Of a DNA stretch of 64,000 bases, positions 55,909 through 64,000 are shown in pieces. The notes under the pieces are model-generated. The model saw only the letters and a program-made list of their open reading frames with translations. It was not told the origin of the DNA and ran no database searches. Every line of letters starts with the position of its first letter. Position 1 is the first letter of the stretch. Made by a program: the position numbers and the translations under genes. Origin of the DNA: a candidate division WOR-3 bacterium (GTDB taxonomy: Bacteria; Hydrothermota; Tepidihabitantia; Tepidihabitantales; Tepidihabitantaceae); the NCBI GenBank assembly GCA_965649225.1, contig CBFGJX010000011.1, positions 16,467 through 80,466 of the forward strand. The letters run 5' to 3'.

Positions 55909-58122
55909 ATGTACAAAGTAGAACGCGAAATCTGCGGCCGGTCGCTCTCGCTCGAGGTCGGTCGTGTCGCCCGTCAGGCCGATGGCGCTGTGCTGGCGCG
56001 CTACGGCGATACGGTAATTCTGGCCAGCGCCTGCTACAAGAAAGAACCGCCGGCAACCTATCAGGATTTCTTCCCACTGACTGTCGACTATCGGGAACTG
56101 GCCTATGCTGCGGGTAAGATTCCCGGCGGCTTCTTCAAGCGCGAGGGCAAGCCGCGAGACAAGGAAACCCTCACCTGCCGGCTCATCGACCGCCCCATCC
56201 GCCCGCTGTTCCCGGCCGGCTTCCGCAACGAGACCCAGATTGTTGCCTTCCTGATGTCGACTGACATGGAAAACGAAAGCGACTTTCTGGGGCTGATAGC
56301 GTCATCAGCCGCCCTCCACGTATCGGAAATCCCCTTTCTGGGCCCGATTGGCGCCTGCCGGGTAGGCAAGTTCGGCTCGGAGTTCATCCTCAACCCGCCG
56401 ATGGGACGCGAGGAAGAAGCCGACATGTGGCTGATCTATGTCGGTGTCGGCGAAAGGGTAATGACCATTGCCGGGCAGGCTCGTGAGGTAGCGCCCGAGG
56501 ATGTCGACCGCGGCTGGGAACTGGCTGCGCCGGTAATCCGCGCGACCATCGAGCTGCAGGAAGAACTCCGCCGGCAGGCCGGCAAGCCCAAACTCGCTCC
56601 GCCACCGTCACCGGTACCACCGGAGCTGGCTGAGGCTGTCCGCGCGCTCGCCGGCGACCAGGTTGCCGCTGCCAACGCAATAACCGACAAACTGGCCCGC
56701 TCTCAGGCCCGGGCCGAGCTGGCCCGCAAGGTCTGGGCAGGCCTGCAGGAAAAATTCCCCGAAATGGAAAAGGCGGTGTACGAGGTCCTGGAAGAGCTTG
56801 CCGGTGACGACATGATCCGCCGAGTCCTGGACACCGGTATCCGCCTCGACGGCCGCCGCGAAGACGAAATCCGGCCGGTCGAATGTGCGGTCGGAGTCCT
56901 GCCCCGGGCCCACGGCTCGGCGTTGTTCACCCGGGGGCAGACTCAATCGCTGGCGGCGGTAACGCTTGGCACCAAACAGGACGAACAGGTCGTCGACGAT
57001 GTCGAACTGGAGCAGGAAGAGAAGAAGTCCTTCATGCTTCACTACAATTTTCCGCCCTTCTCGGTCGGCGAGGTCAAATTCCTCCGTGGCCCGGGACGGC
57101 GCGACATCGGCCATGGCGACCTCGCTGAACGCGCTCTTCTGGCGGTCGTACCACGGGAAGGCGAGTTTCCCTATACCATCCGGATCGTCTCGGACATTCT
57201 GGAATCCAACGGCAGCTCCTCCATGGCATCGGTCTGCGCCGGGTCGCTGGCAATGATGGATGCCGGCGTGCCGGTACGTACCGCGACTGCCGGTATTGCC
57301 ATGGGGCTGATTACCGACGGCGACATCGCCGCCGGTGCCCGTTACCGGATTGTCACCGACCTCATCGGCGACGAAGACCACTACGGCTTTATGGATTTCA
57401 AGATCGCCGGCACCCGTCGCGGCATCACCGCGATTCAGCTTGACCTGAAACTGCCCGGCATACCCTACTCGGTGCTGGCCGAGGGGCTGCGCCGGGCTGG
57501 TGCTGCCCGATTGCGCGTACTGGACGCAATGGACGCCGTAATTGACCGGCCCCGCGCCGAAATCTCGCGTTACGCGCCGCGGATTGTTTCGATTGTCATC
57601 GACAAGGAGAAAATCGGCACCGTCATCGGCCCGGGCGGCAAGATGATCCGCAAGATTACCGAGGAAACCGGCACGACGATCGATATCGAGGACGACGGCA
57701 CCGTCACCATCGCCGCCAACCGGCCTGAGGCCCTGCAGGCGGCGCGCGAATGGATCGAGTCGCTCACCGCCGAAGCCCAGGTGGGAAAACTGTACGAAGG
57801 CACTGTCACCCGGCTGATGACTTTCGGCGCGTTTGTCGAAATCCTGCCCGGCAAGGAAGGGCTGGTGCACATCTCCCAGCTCGGCCCGGAACGCTACGCC
57901 CAAGTCTCTGATGCCGTAAAACCCGGCGACCGCATCTGGGTGAAAGTCGTCGAAATTGACGAGCAGGGCCGCATAAACCTCTCGCGCAAGAAAGCAATGG
58001 AAGAACGCGGCGAGATTCCGCCCTCGGATGACACGGGTGTCGCGCGGCGCCCGCCCCGACGAGAAGGAGGCCGGGAACGCCGCGAATCAAAAGGTACCAG
58101 CCGACCCGGCCGTCGGCACTGA
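55909..58122 (+). CDS. pnp: Polyribonucleotide nucleotidyltransferase
   Basis: FFPLTVDY, RLIDRPIRPLF, ESNGSSSMASVC, MDFKIAGT, KH and S1 domains. Confidence 0.97.
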   Translation: MYKVEREICGRSLSLEVGRVARQADGAVLARYGDTVILASACYKKEPPATYQDFFPLTVDYRELAYAAGKIPGGFFKREGKPRDKETLTCRLIDRPIRPLFPAGFRNETQIVAFLMSTDMENESDFLGLIASSAALHVSEIPFLGPIGACRVGKFGSEFILNPPMGREEEADMWLIYVGVGERVMTIAGQAREVAPEDVDRGWELAAPVIRATIELQEELRRQAGKPKLAPPPSPVPPELAEAVRALAGDQVAAANAITDKLARSQARAELARKVWAGLQEKFPEMEKAVYEVLEELAGDDMIRRVLDTGIRLDGRREDEIRPVECAVGVLPRAHGSALFTRGQTQSLAAVTLGTKQDEQVVDDVELEQEEKKSFMLHYNFPPFSVGEVKFLRGPGRRDIGHGDLAERALLAVVPREGEFPYTIRIVSDILESNGSSSMASVCAGSLAMMDAGVPVRTATAGIAMGLITDGDIAAGARYRIVTDLIGDEDHYGFMDFKIAGTRRGITAIQLDLKLPGIPYSVLAEGLRRAGAARLRVLDAMDAVIDRPRAEISRYAPRIVSIVIDKEKIGTVIGPGGKMIRKITEETGTTIDIEDDGTVTIAANRPEALQAAREWIESLTAEAQVGKLYEGTVTRLMTFGAFVEILPGKEGLVHISQLGPERYAQVSDAVKPGDRIWVKVVEIDEQGRINLSRKKAMEERGEIPPSDDTGVARRPPRREGGRERRESKGTSRPGRRH

Positions 58123-58155
58123 GTTGTCGATCGAACCGGGGCTGGTTGCCGACCG

Positions 58156-59472
58156 TTGCCGTTGATGTCGACGACCCGGCTCGAAACTGAAGCAACCAGA
58201 GCCGAAACCCTGCCGGGCGGGCTGGTGCTGCTGACCGAACGTCTGCCCTGGGTACGTTCGGTGGCACTGGCACTGGCGTTCGAGGTCGGCAGCCGCGATG
58301 ACCCCGACGATGCTGCCGGTTCCTGCCACATGATCGAGCATATGGTCTTCAAGGGCACCGAACAGTATGATGCCATCGCGGTCAACGCCCGCGCCGAGTT
58401 TCATGGTGCCGAGCTCAACGCTTTCACCGATCGCGAATCGACCGTTTTCACCGGCCGCTTTCCGGCTTCAGCACGCCGGCCGATGAGCGAACTGCTGGTC
58501 GAGCTGGTCACCGGGCCGGCGTTCCGGCCCGACGAACTGGAGCGTGAACGCGGCGTAATCAGCGAAGAAATCCGCGCTGCCGAAGAAGAACCCGAAGCCC
58601 GTTCACTCACCCTGCTCTACCAGGCACTGTGGGATTCCTCACCGCTGGGCCGGCCGGTTGCCGGAACGCTGCAGTCGGTGGCAACAATCCGGCCCGACGC
58701 CATCACCGGCTTCTACCGCCAGCGTTTCACCGCGCCAAACTGCATTGTTGCTGCCGCCGGTGATGTTGACCATGACGAACTCCGTTCGGCCATTTCGCCG
58801 CTTGTCCACCGCCCGACCTCGGCTGATCCTGCCTCGGCCGACCCGGCTCCAACCCGTACGCTGGCCGGCTCTCTGCCGCCGCGGGTTCTCGCCGAAAGCC
58901 GGCGCGAGCTGACACAGGCTTGGGTCTGTCTTGGCACCCCCACCTTCGGCCGCAGCGACCAGCGGCGCTGGGCGCTGGCCATTCTCAATACCGCCCTCGG
59001 CGGTGGTGTCTCATCAAGGCTTTTTGCCCGCCTGCGCGAACAGGAAGGACTGGTCTACACCGTCTCCAGCTTCATCGAACTGCTGTCCGACACCGGTCTG
59101 GCCGGGATATTCTTTGCCGCTGACTCCCGTCGGCTGGCGCGCTGTGTTGCGGTCATTGCCGAAGAACTGGAGCGCTGTCGGCGGCAGGGTTTTTCCCGGG
59201 AGGAATTCGAGCGGGCACGCAACATGACTCGCAGCTCGGTGTTGCTGACGCTGGAGAGCACTGCCGCACGCAGCATGCGGCTGTACCGCACATGGCAGCT
59301 GCACCAGCGGCTGGCAACCATCGACGAGACTCTGGCCGGATTCGATCGTCTGACCCTTGACCAGGTCAACGAGCTTGCCGCTGAACTGCTGGTTCGGGAA
59401 CGTTTTTCGGCCGGGGGCGTAGGCCCGTTGCCTGAGAATGAGTTCTGCCGTATCCTCTCTCCGGCATGTTGA
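58156..59472 (+). CDS. M16 (pitrilysin) family zinc peptidase
   Basis: GSRDD, HMIEHMVFKGT (HXXEH), NAFT, SSRLF..LRE..GLVY. Confidence 0.93.
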   Translation: MPLMSTTRLETEATRAETLPGGLVLLTERLPWVRSVALALAFEVGSRDDPDDAAGSCHMIEHMVFKGTEQYDAIAVNARAEFHGAELNAFTDRESTVFTGRFPASARRPMSELLVELVTGPAFRPDELERERGVISEEIRAAEEEPEARSLTLLYQALWDSSPLGRPVAGTLQSVATIRPDAITGFYRQRFTAPNCIVAAAGDVDHDELRSAISPLVHRPTSADPASADPAPTRTLAGSLPPRVLAESRRELTQAWVCLGTPTFGRSDQRRWALAILNTALGGGVSSRLFARLREQEGLVYTVSSFIELLSDTGLAGIFFAADSRRLARCVAVIAEELERCRRQGFSREEFERARNMTRSSVLLTLESTAARSMRLYRTWQLHQRLATIDETLAGFDRLTLDQVNELAAELLVRERFSAGGVGPLPENEFCRILSPAC

Positions 59473-59545
59473 CAAGCCGTGACTATCGGCCGACTATCGT
59501 CCGCCAACTTTCGTCGGTTCCAACTAACCGCCTCGGGAGTTTTCG

Positions 59546-60754
59546 ATGACTGAACGCAACCTGCTTTCCCGGCGCGCCTGCGCCATGCCTGCTTCACCCA
59601 TCCGCCGGCTCGCCCCGCTTGCCGACCGGGCCCGCGAACGGGGCATCAAGGTCTATCATCTCAACATCGGCCAGCCGGACATCGAGACCCCGTCCGAAAT
59701 GCTTGCCGGCTACCACAACTTCCGCACCCGCACCCTCGCCTACGGTCCCTCCGGCGGTTTGCCTTCTTATGTCAAGGCACTGTGCGGCTATTACCAGCGG
59801 GCCGGCATTGCCGTCGAACCAGCCGACATTCTTGTCACCGTCGGCGGCTCGGAGGCGATTCTATTTGCTTTTCAGGCTGTGGCCGATGTCGACGACGAAA
59901 TCATTGTCCCGGAACCTTTCTACACCAACTACGCCGGTTTTGCCGCGATGGCATCCCTCCGGCTGGTACCGGTAACCTGCCGCGCCGAAGACGGCTTCGC
60001 ACTGCCGCTTGCCGACATCGAACGCGCCATCACACCCCGCACCCGGGCAATTCTCTACTCCAACCCGGGCAACCCTACCGGTGCGGTTCTGTCAGCTGAC
60101 GAACTGGCCGGGCTGCGCTGCATCTGCCTTGAACACGAAATCTGCCTGATTGCCGACGAAGTCTACCGCGAGTTTATCTACGGCGACCGACCCCACATTT
60201 CGGTATTGAACCTCGACGGGCTGAACGACCGGGCAATCATGGTCGACTCGATATCCAAACGTTACAGTGCCTGCGGTGCCCGCATCGGCTGTGTCGTGAC
60301 TCGTAACCGCGACTTCACCGCCGCGATGCTCAAATTTGCTCAGGCAAGACTCTGTCCGCCAACCGTCGACCAGCTTGCCGCCGAAGCGGCGCTCGCGGTT
60401 CCCGATTCCTACATCCAGCGGGTCATTGCCGAGTACCGCTGCCGTCGCGACCTTGTCGTCGACAGCCTCAACCGTATTCCCGGCGTGGTCTGTCCCCGGC
60501 CGCACGGCGCATTCTATGTCGTTGCCCGGCTGCCGATTGCCGACGCCGAAGACTTCGCGGTTTTTCTGCTCGAACGGTTCAACGACAACAACGAAACAGT
60601 AATGGTTGCTCCCGCTGACGGATTCTACGCAACTCCGGGCCGGGGTCGCGACGAGGTACGGATTGCCTATGTGCTTAACTGCACCGACCTGGAACGGGCA
60701 ATGGTGCTGTTTGAGCGTGGGCTCGCCGCCTATCGCAAAGCCACCGACAGCTAG
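59546..60754 (+). CDS. PLP-dependent aminotransferase, class I/II
   Basis: LNIGQPD, NPGNPTG, DEVY, DSISKRYSACGARIG. Confidence 0.93.
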   Translation: MTERNLLSRRACAMPASPIRRLAPLADRARERGIKVYHLNIGQPDIETPSEMLAGYHNFRTRTLAYGPSGGLPSYVKALCGYYQRAGIAVEPADILVTVGGSEAILFAFQAVADVDDEIIVPEPFYTNYAGFAAMASLRLVPVTCRAEDGFALPLADIERAITPRTRAILYSNPGNPTGAVLSADELAGLRCICLEHEICLIADEVYREFIYGDRPHISVLNLDGLNDRAIMVDSISKRYSACGARIGCVVTRNRDFTAAMLKFAQARLCPPTVDQLAAEAALAVPDSYIQRVIAEYRCRRDLVVDSLNRIPGVVCPRPHGAFYVVARLPIADAEDFAVFLLERFNDNNETVMVAPADGFYATPGRGRDEVRIAYVLNCTDLERAMVLFERGLAAYRKATDS

Positions 60755-61975
60755 GTGAATTCTCCGGCAGACGACTACGGGCGGCAGCCGGGCGCACTCG
60801 GTCCGGGTGCTGACGGCAAAGACCGCCCGTTGCGCGTCTGTATGGTCTGCGACTACTACTACCCGCATGTCGGCGGTGTTGCCGAGCACATTCGCCATCT
60901 CTCGGATGAGCTGCACCGCCGGGGCCACACGGTTCGAGTACTCACCGCCCGGATGCCGGTCACCGGTTCGTCGGCCTGGTGCCCTGCCCGACCGGAAGTT
61001 GAACGAATCGGCCGGGGCATACTTGTCCCCACCAACGGTTCACGTGCCCGGATTGTTGCCGCCTGGGACCCGGTTCGAAAGGTAAGAAACTCTATTCGTG
61101 CCGGGCGCTACGACATCATCCACATCCACGGGTCGCTTGCCCCGACTCTGCCGCTTGCCACTCTCCACGCTGCTGCCGGGCTGCGCCCGAGACCGGCAAC
61201 CGTAATGACCTTTCACGCCGGTCACAACCGCAATGCCGGCTACGCCCTGTTTCGGCCCCTGCTGACACGCTACTTCCGGCTTATTGACTGCCCGATAGCG
61301 GTTTCACGTGCCGCCCGCTGGTCAACTTCGCTCTACTTTCCCGGCCGCTACGAAATCGTCCCTAATGGCATCGACACCGCTGTCTTTCGGCCCAACCTCC
61401 CCCCGCCGGCGACAATCAGGCCCGGACGTCCGCGGATACTGTTCATGGGCCGGTTCGACCCCCGCAAAGGCCTGATGCATCTCATCGACGCCCTGCCGGC
61501 AGTGCTGCGACAGTTCCCCGATGCCGAACTGATAGTTGCCGGAACCGGCCCGCCCGACCCCGGTCATTATCTCGCCCGGCTCGACCCGGTTCACCGCCCG
61601 GCGGTACGCTTCATCGGTACAGTGTGGGGCGACGACCGGGCAGCGTGGTATTCGGCGTGTGATGTCTTCTGTGCTCCGTCCACCGGCAATGAAAGTTTCG
61701 GCATCATCCTGCTCGAGGCAATGGCTGCCGGCCGACCGATTGTTGCCTCGGACATTCATGGCTACCGGGAAGTGCTTACCGACGGCGTTCAGGGACTGCT
61801 CTGTCCGCCGGCCGACCCGGCGGCAATCGCCGACCGCATCTGCCGACTGCTGGCCAATCCTGAGCTCGCTGCCCGGATGGGCCGGGCCGGACGTGAGCGT
61901 GCCCTGAATTACGCCTGGCCCCGGATTGCCGATCGCATCGAAGAAATCTACCGCCGGCTTGTCAGCAGACAGTGA
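60755..61975 (+). CDS. Glycosyltransferase family 4 (PimA-like), copy 1
   Basis: GGVAEHI, PNGID, GRFDPRKG, ESFGIILLEAMAAG. Confidence 0.92.
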   Translation: MNSPADDYGRQPGALGPGADGKDRPLRVCMVCDYYYPHVGGVAEHIRHLSDELHRRGHTVRVLTARMPVTGSSAWCPARPEVERIGRGILVPTNGSRARIVAAWDPVRKVRNSIRAGRYDIIHIHGSLAPTLPLATLHAAAGLRPRPATVMTFHAGHNRNAGYALFRPLLTRYFRLIDCPIAVSRAARWSTSLYFPGRYEIVPNGIDTAVFRPNLPPPATIRPGRPRILFMGRFDPRKGLMHLIDALPAVLRQFPDAELIVAGTGPPDPGHYLARLDPVHRPAVRFIGTVWGDDRAAWYSACDVFCAPSTGNESFGIILLEAMAAGRPIVASDIHGYREVLTDGVQGLLCPPADPAAIADRICRLLANPELAARMGRAGRERALNYAWPRIADRIEEIYRRLVSRQ

Positions 61976-63147
61976 CTGCACGCTGTCCACTGCGAATCTG
62001 CATGGTCAACGACAACTACTACCCCTGTATTGGCGGCGTTGCCGAGCACATCCACCACCTCTCTGCCGAACTGCACCGCCGCGGCCACAGGATAACCGTC
62101 CTGACTGCCGGCATCGGCTCCCGCGCTCCGACCCCGGCACTCGAACCGCCCGGAATCCTCCGCATCGGAATGGGCATTCCTGTACCCGCCAACCAGTCCT
62201 GGACCCGGATGGCGATCGCCTGGCGACCGGTCCACTCAATTCGCAAATTGCTCCGCAAACGCCAGTTTGACATCGTTCACATCCACGGTTCACTCGCTCC
62301 GACCCTGCCGCTTGCCGCAATCAAAGCTGCCGCCATCACCCGGCCGCGGCCGGCAACGGTGATGACCTTCCATGCCGGCCATGACGTCAGTCTGGGCTAC
62401 TCATTTGCCCGCACTGTCCTCTGGCCCTATTTCCGGGCGCTCGATGCCATCATTGCCGTCTCCCGGGTTGCCCGCGACTCCCACCGCCGCTACTTCCCGG
62501 GCAATTACCGGATAATTCCCAACGGGGTGGACACCGCTGTCTTCCGACCCGATGCCCCGCCGGCTCCCGGGCTTGAACCGGGCCGGCCGCGCATTCTCTT
62601 CATCGGCCGCTTCGACCGACGCAAAGGACTCCGCCACCTGCTTGATGCACTGCCCCTGATTCTGCACCGGTTTCCCGACGCCGAACTGGTCGTTGCCGGA
62701 GCGCCAAGCACGCCCCTCAGCCGCTGGCCGCGGCCAGCCCGCCCGCTCCAGTCCCGGATTCGCTGGCTCGGCCGGGTGCCGGCTGAAGTGCGGCCCGGCC
62801 TCCTCACCGCATCCAGCCTGCTCTGCGCACCCTCCACCGGCAGCGAAAGCTTTGGCATCGTCCTGCTCGAGGCAATGGCTGCGGGCCGGCCGGTTGTCGC
62901 GTCCAACATCCCCGGCTACCGCACGGTAATCCAGGACGGTGTCCAGGGATTTCTGGTCCCGCCGGCCGACCCGGCGGCAATCGCCGAACGCATCTGCGAG
63001 CTGCTTGCCAACCCCAGCCTCGGCGCTCAGTTCGGCCGGGCCGGGCGCGAACGTGCTCTGCGCTTCAATTGGCCCGCAATCGCCGACCGGATTGAAGAAC
63101 TCTATCAGCAGTTGTCTGAGTCTCGTTCGATTTCCGCCAGCTACTGA
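61972..63147 (+). CDS. Glycosyltransferase family 4 (PimA-like), copy 2
   Basis: GGVAEHI, PNGVD, GRFDRRKG, ESFGIVLLEAMAAG. Confidence 0.92.
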   Translation: MTARCPLRICMVNDNYYPCIGGVAEHIHHLSAELHRRGHRITVLTAGIGSRAPTPALEPPGILRIGMGIPVPANQSWTRMAIAWRPVHSIRKLLRKRQFDIVHIHGSLAPTLPLAAIKAAAITRPRPATVMTFHAGHDVSLGYSFARTVLWPYFRALDAIIAVSRVARDSHRRYFPGNYRIIPNGVDTAVFRPDAPPAPGLEPGRPRILFIGRFDRRKGLRHLLDALPLILHRFPDAELVVAGAPSTPLSRWPRPARPLQSRIRWLGRVPAEVRPGLLTASSLLCAPSTGSESFGIVLLEAMAAGRPVVASNIPGYRTVIQDGVQGFLVPPADPAAIAERICELLANPSLGAQFGRAGRERALRFNWPAIADRIEELYQQLSESRSISASY

Positions 63148-64000
63148 TGACAATCTCCGGCCCGGACGCCCGACCAGCCCGCCCCTCTCTGCCGCTGCTG
63201 CATAACCGCAGTTTCATCATCTTTGCCACCACCCAGGCGCTGTCGCTTTTCGGCGACAAACTTGACTACATGGCGCTGCTGGCAATGGTCGCCTGGTTCA
63301 CCGAGCGCCACGGTTGGAACGGTGCGCGCGTGCTTTCTACCGTGCCGGTCATCATGGCCCTGCCTGCAGTCCTGTTCGGCCCGCTCGCCGGCGTGCTTGC
63401 CGACCGCTGGGACCGGCGCGCGGTGATGGTCGGCGCCGACATCGGCCGTGCCCTGCTGGTTGCGGCAGTGCCGTTCGTCGCACTGACAACGGGTTCGCTC
63501 GGTCTGATCTACGTTGTCGCGTTCATGGTGTTCCTTCTCGGGATGCTGTTTCAGGCCGCCCGGATGGCAACCATACCCAACATCGTCGGGGTTGACCGTG
63601 TGCTCGGTGCCAACTCGCTGATGAACGTCGCCGGCCGCGTCGCCACGGTACTCGGCACACTTGGCGGCGGAATGATAGTGGACTGGTCGGGCTGGTCCCG
63701 CTTCGGCATCAGACCGCCCTGGGCCGCGGGTTACTACATTGACGCGCTGACCTACGCCGTTTCGGTCATCGCACTGCTCGCGGTCTACCGCAGCATCGCT
63801 CCGCAGGAACGCGTCGTCTGCACTCCATCCCCTGCACCTCCTCCGGCGTTCCGCGATTATATCGGCTCGGCAATCGCCCGCCGCGCGGATCAGGTCATCA
63901 CCGACCTGCGCACCGCGCTTGGTCTGGCCCGGCGCACCCCGACCGTGCTGTTCGTCTACTGCTCGGCCGCGTTACTGGTCTTCATCGGCGCGGCCTGGCT
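63147..64000 (+). CDS. MFS transporter (runs off right edge; not in ORF track)
   Basis: ATG overlaps the previous TGA; QALSLFGD, GPLAGVLADRWDRRAVMVGADIGR (MFS motif A). Confidence 0.9.
   Translation, partial: MTISGPDARPARPSLPLLHNRSFIIFATTQALSLFGDKLDYMALLAMVAWFTERHGWNGARVLSTVPVIMALPAVLFGPLAGVLADRWDRRAVMVGADIGRALLVAAVPFVALTTGSLGLIYVVAFMVFLLGMLFQAARMATIPNIVGVDRVLGANSLMNVAGRVATVLGTLGGGMIVDWSGWSRFGIRPPWAAGYYIDALTYAVSVIALLAVYRSIAPQERVVCTPSPAPPPAFRDYIGSAIARRADQVITDLRTALGLARRTPTVLFVYCSAALLVFIGAAW

Noticed and set aside
59481..59499. GACTATCG direct repeat near the aminotransferase promoter
   Set aside because: Two copies of 8 bp only; no supporting evidence
1..64000. Many long antisense/alternate-frame ORFs in the track (e.g. 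47741-50011 +, 31246-32769 +, 56608-57903 -)
   Set aside because: They shadow well-supported genes, lack motifs and are expected in GC-rich DNA
1..64000. CRISPR array, prophage, integrase or transposase
   Set aside because: No regularly spaced repeats or recognisable mobile-element proteins seen; no duplicated tRNA 3' end noticed by eye

Overview
A 64-kb, GC-rich, gene-dense chromosomal segment from an anaerobic diderm bacterium. T9SS/FlgD-type C-terminal domains, PKD+PQQ-propeller lipoproteins, the skp-lpxD-lpxC-fabZ-lpxA order and a bS22-like peptide suggest an FCB-related lineage such as candidate division WOR-3 (inference, not a database result). Housekeeping content: two tRNAs, tatAC, folC, lipid A genes, cmk-plsC-ispH-rpsA-mtaB, rbfA-truB-ribF, a MacAB-type ABC exporter, HU, mscL, truA, dksA-like, ileS, rpsO-pnp. 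It also holds a complete [FeFe]-hydrogenase maturation operon (TM1266-like regulator, hydG, aspA, hydF, hydE). No CRISPR array, prophage or intact transposase was seen. Main leads: (1) an operon divergent from tatAC encoding a twin-arginine DUF362 protein with a T9SS-type C-terminal domain, a second Tat DUF362 protein, a lipoprotein, a NapH/NapG-like membrane polyferredoxin and a ~1265-aa propeller + SprA-like outer-membrane protein, a candidate envelope-spanning Fe-S redox/export system; (2) a sharp, local GC/AT-skew inversion inside ribF (~38.63 kb) with no oriC hallmarks; (3) a structured ~140-nt leader before the hyd operon; (4) many apparently leaderless genes and three genes that seem to need ACG/CTG/ATC starts; (5) an IleRS2 with the swapped GXHH motif. 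All protein-family calls are by-eye motif recognition.
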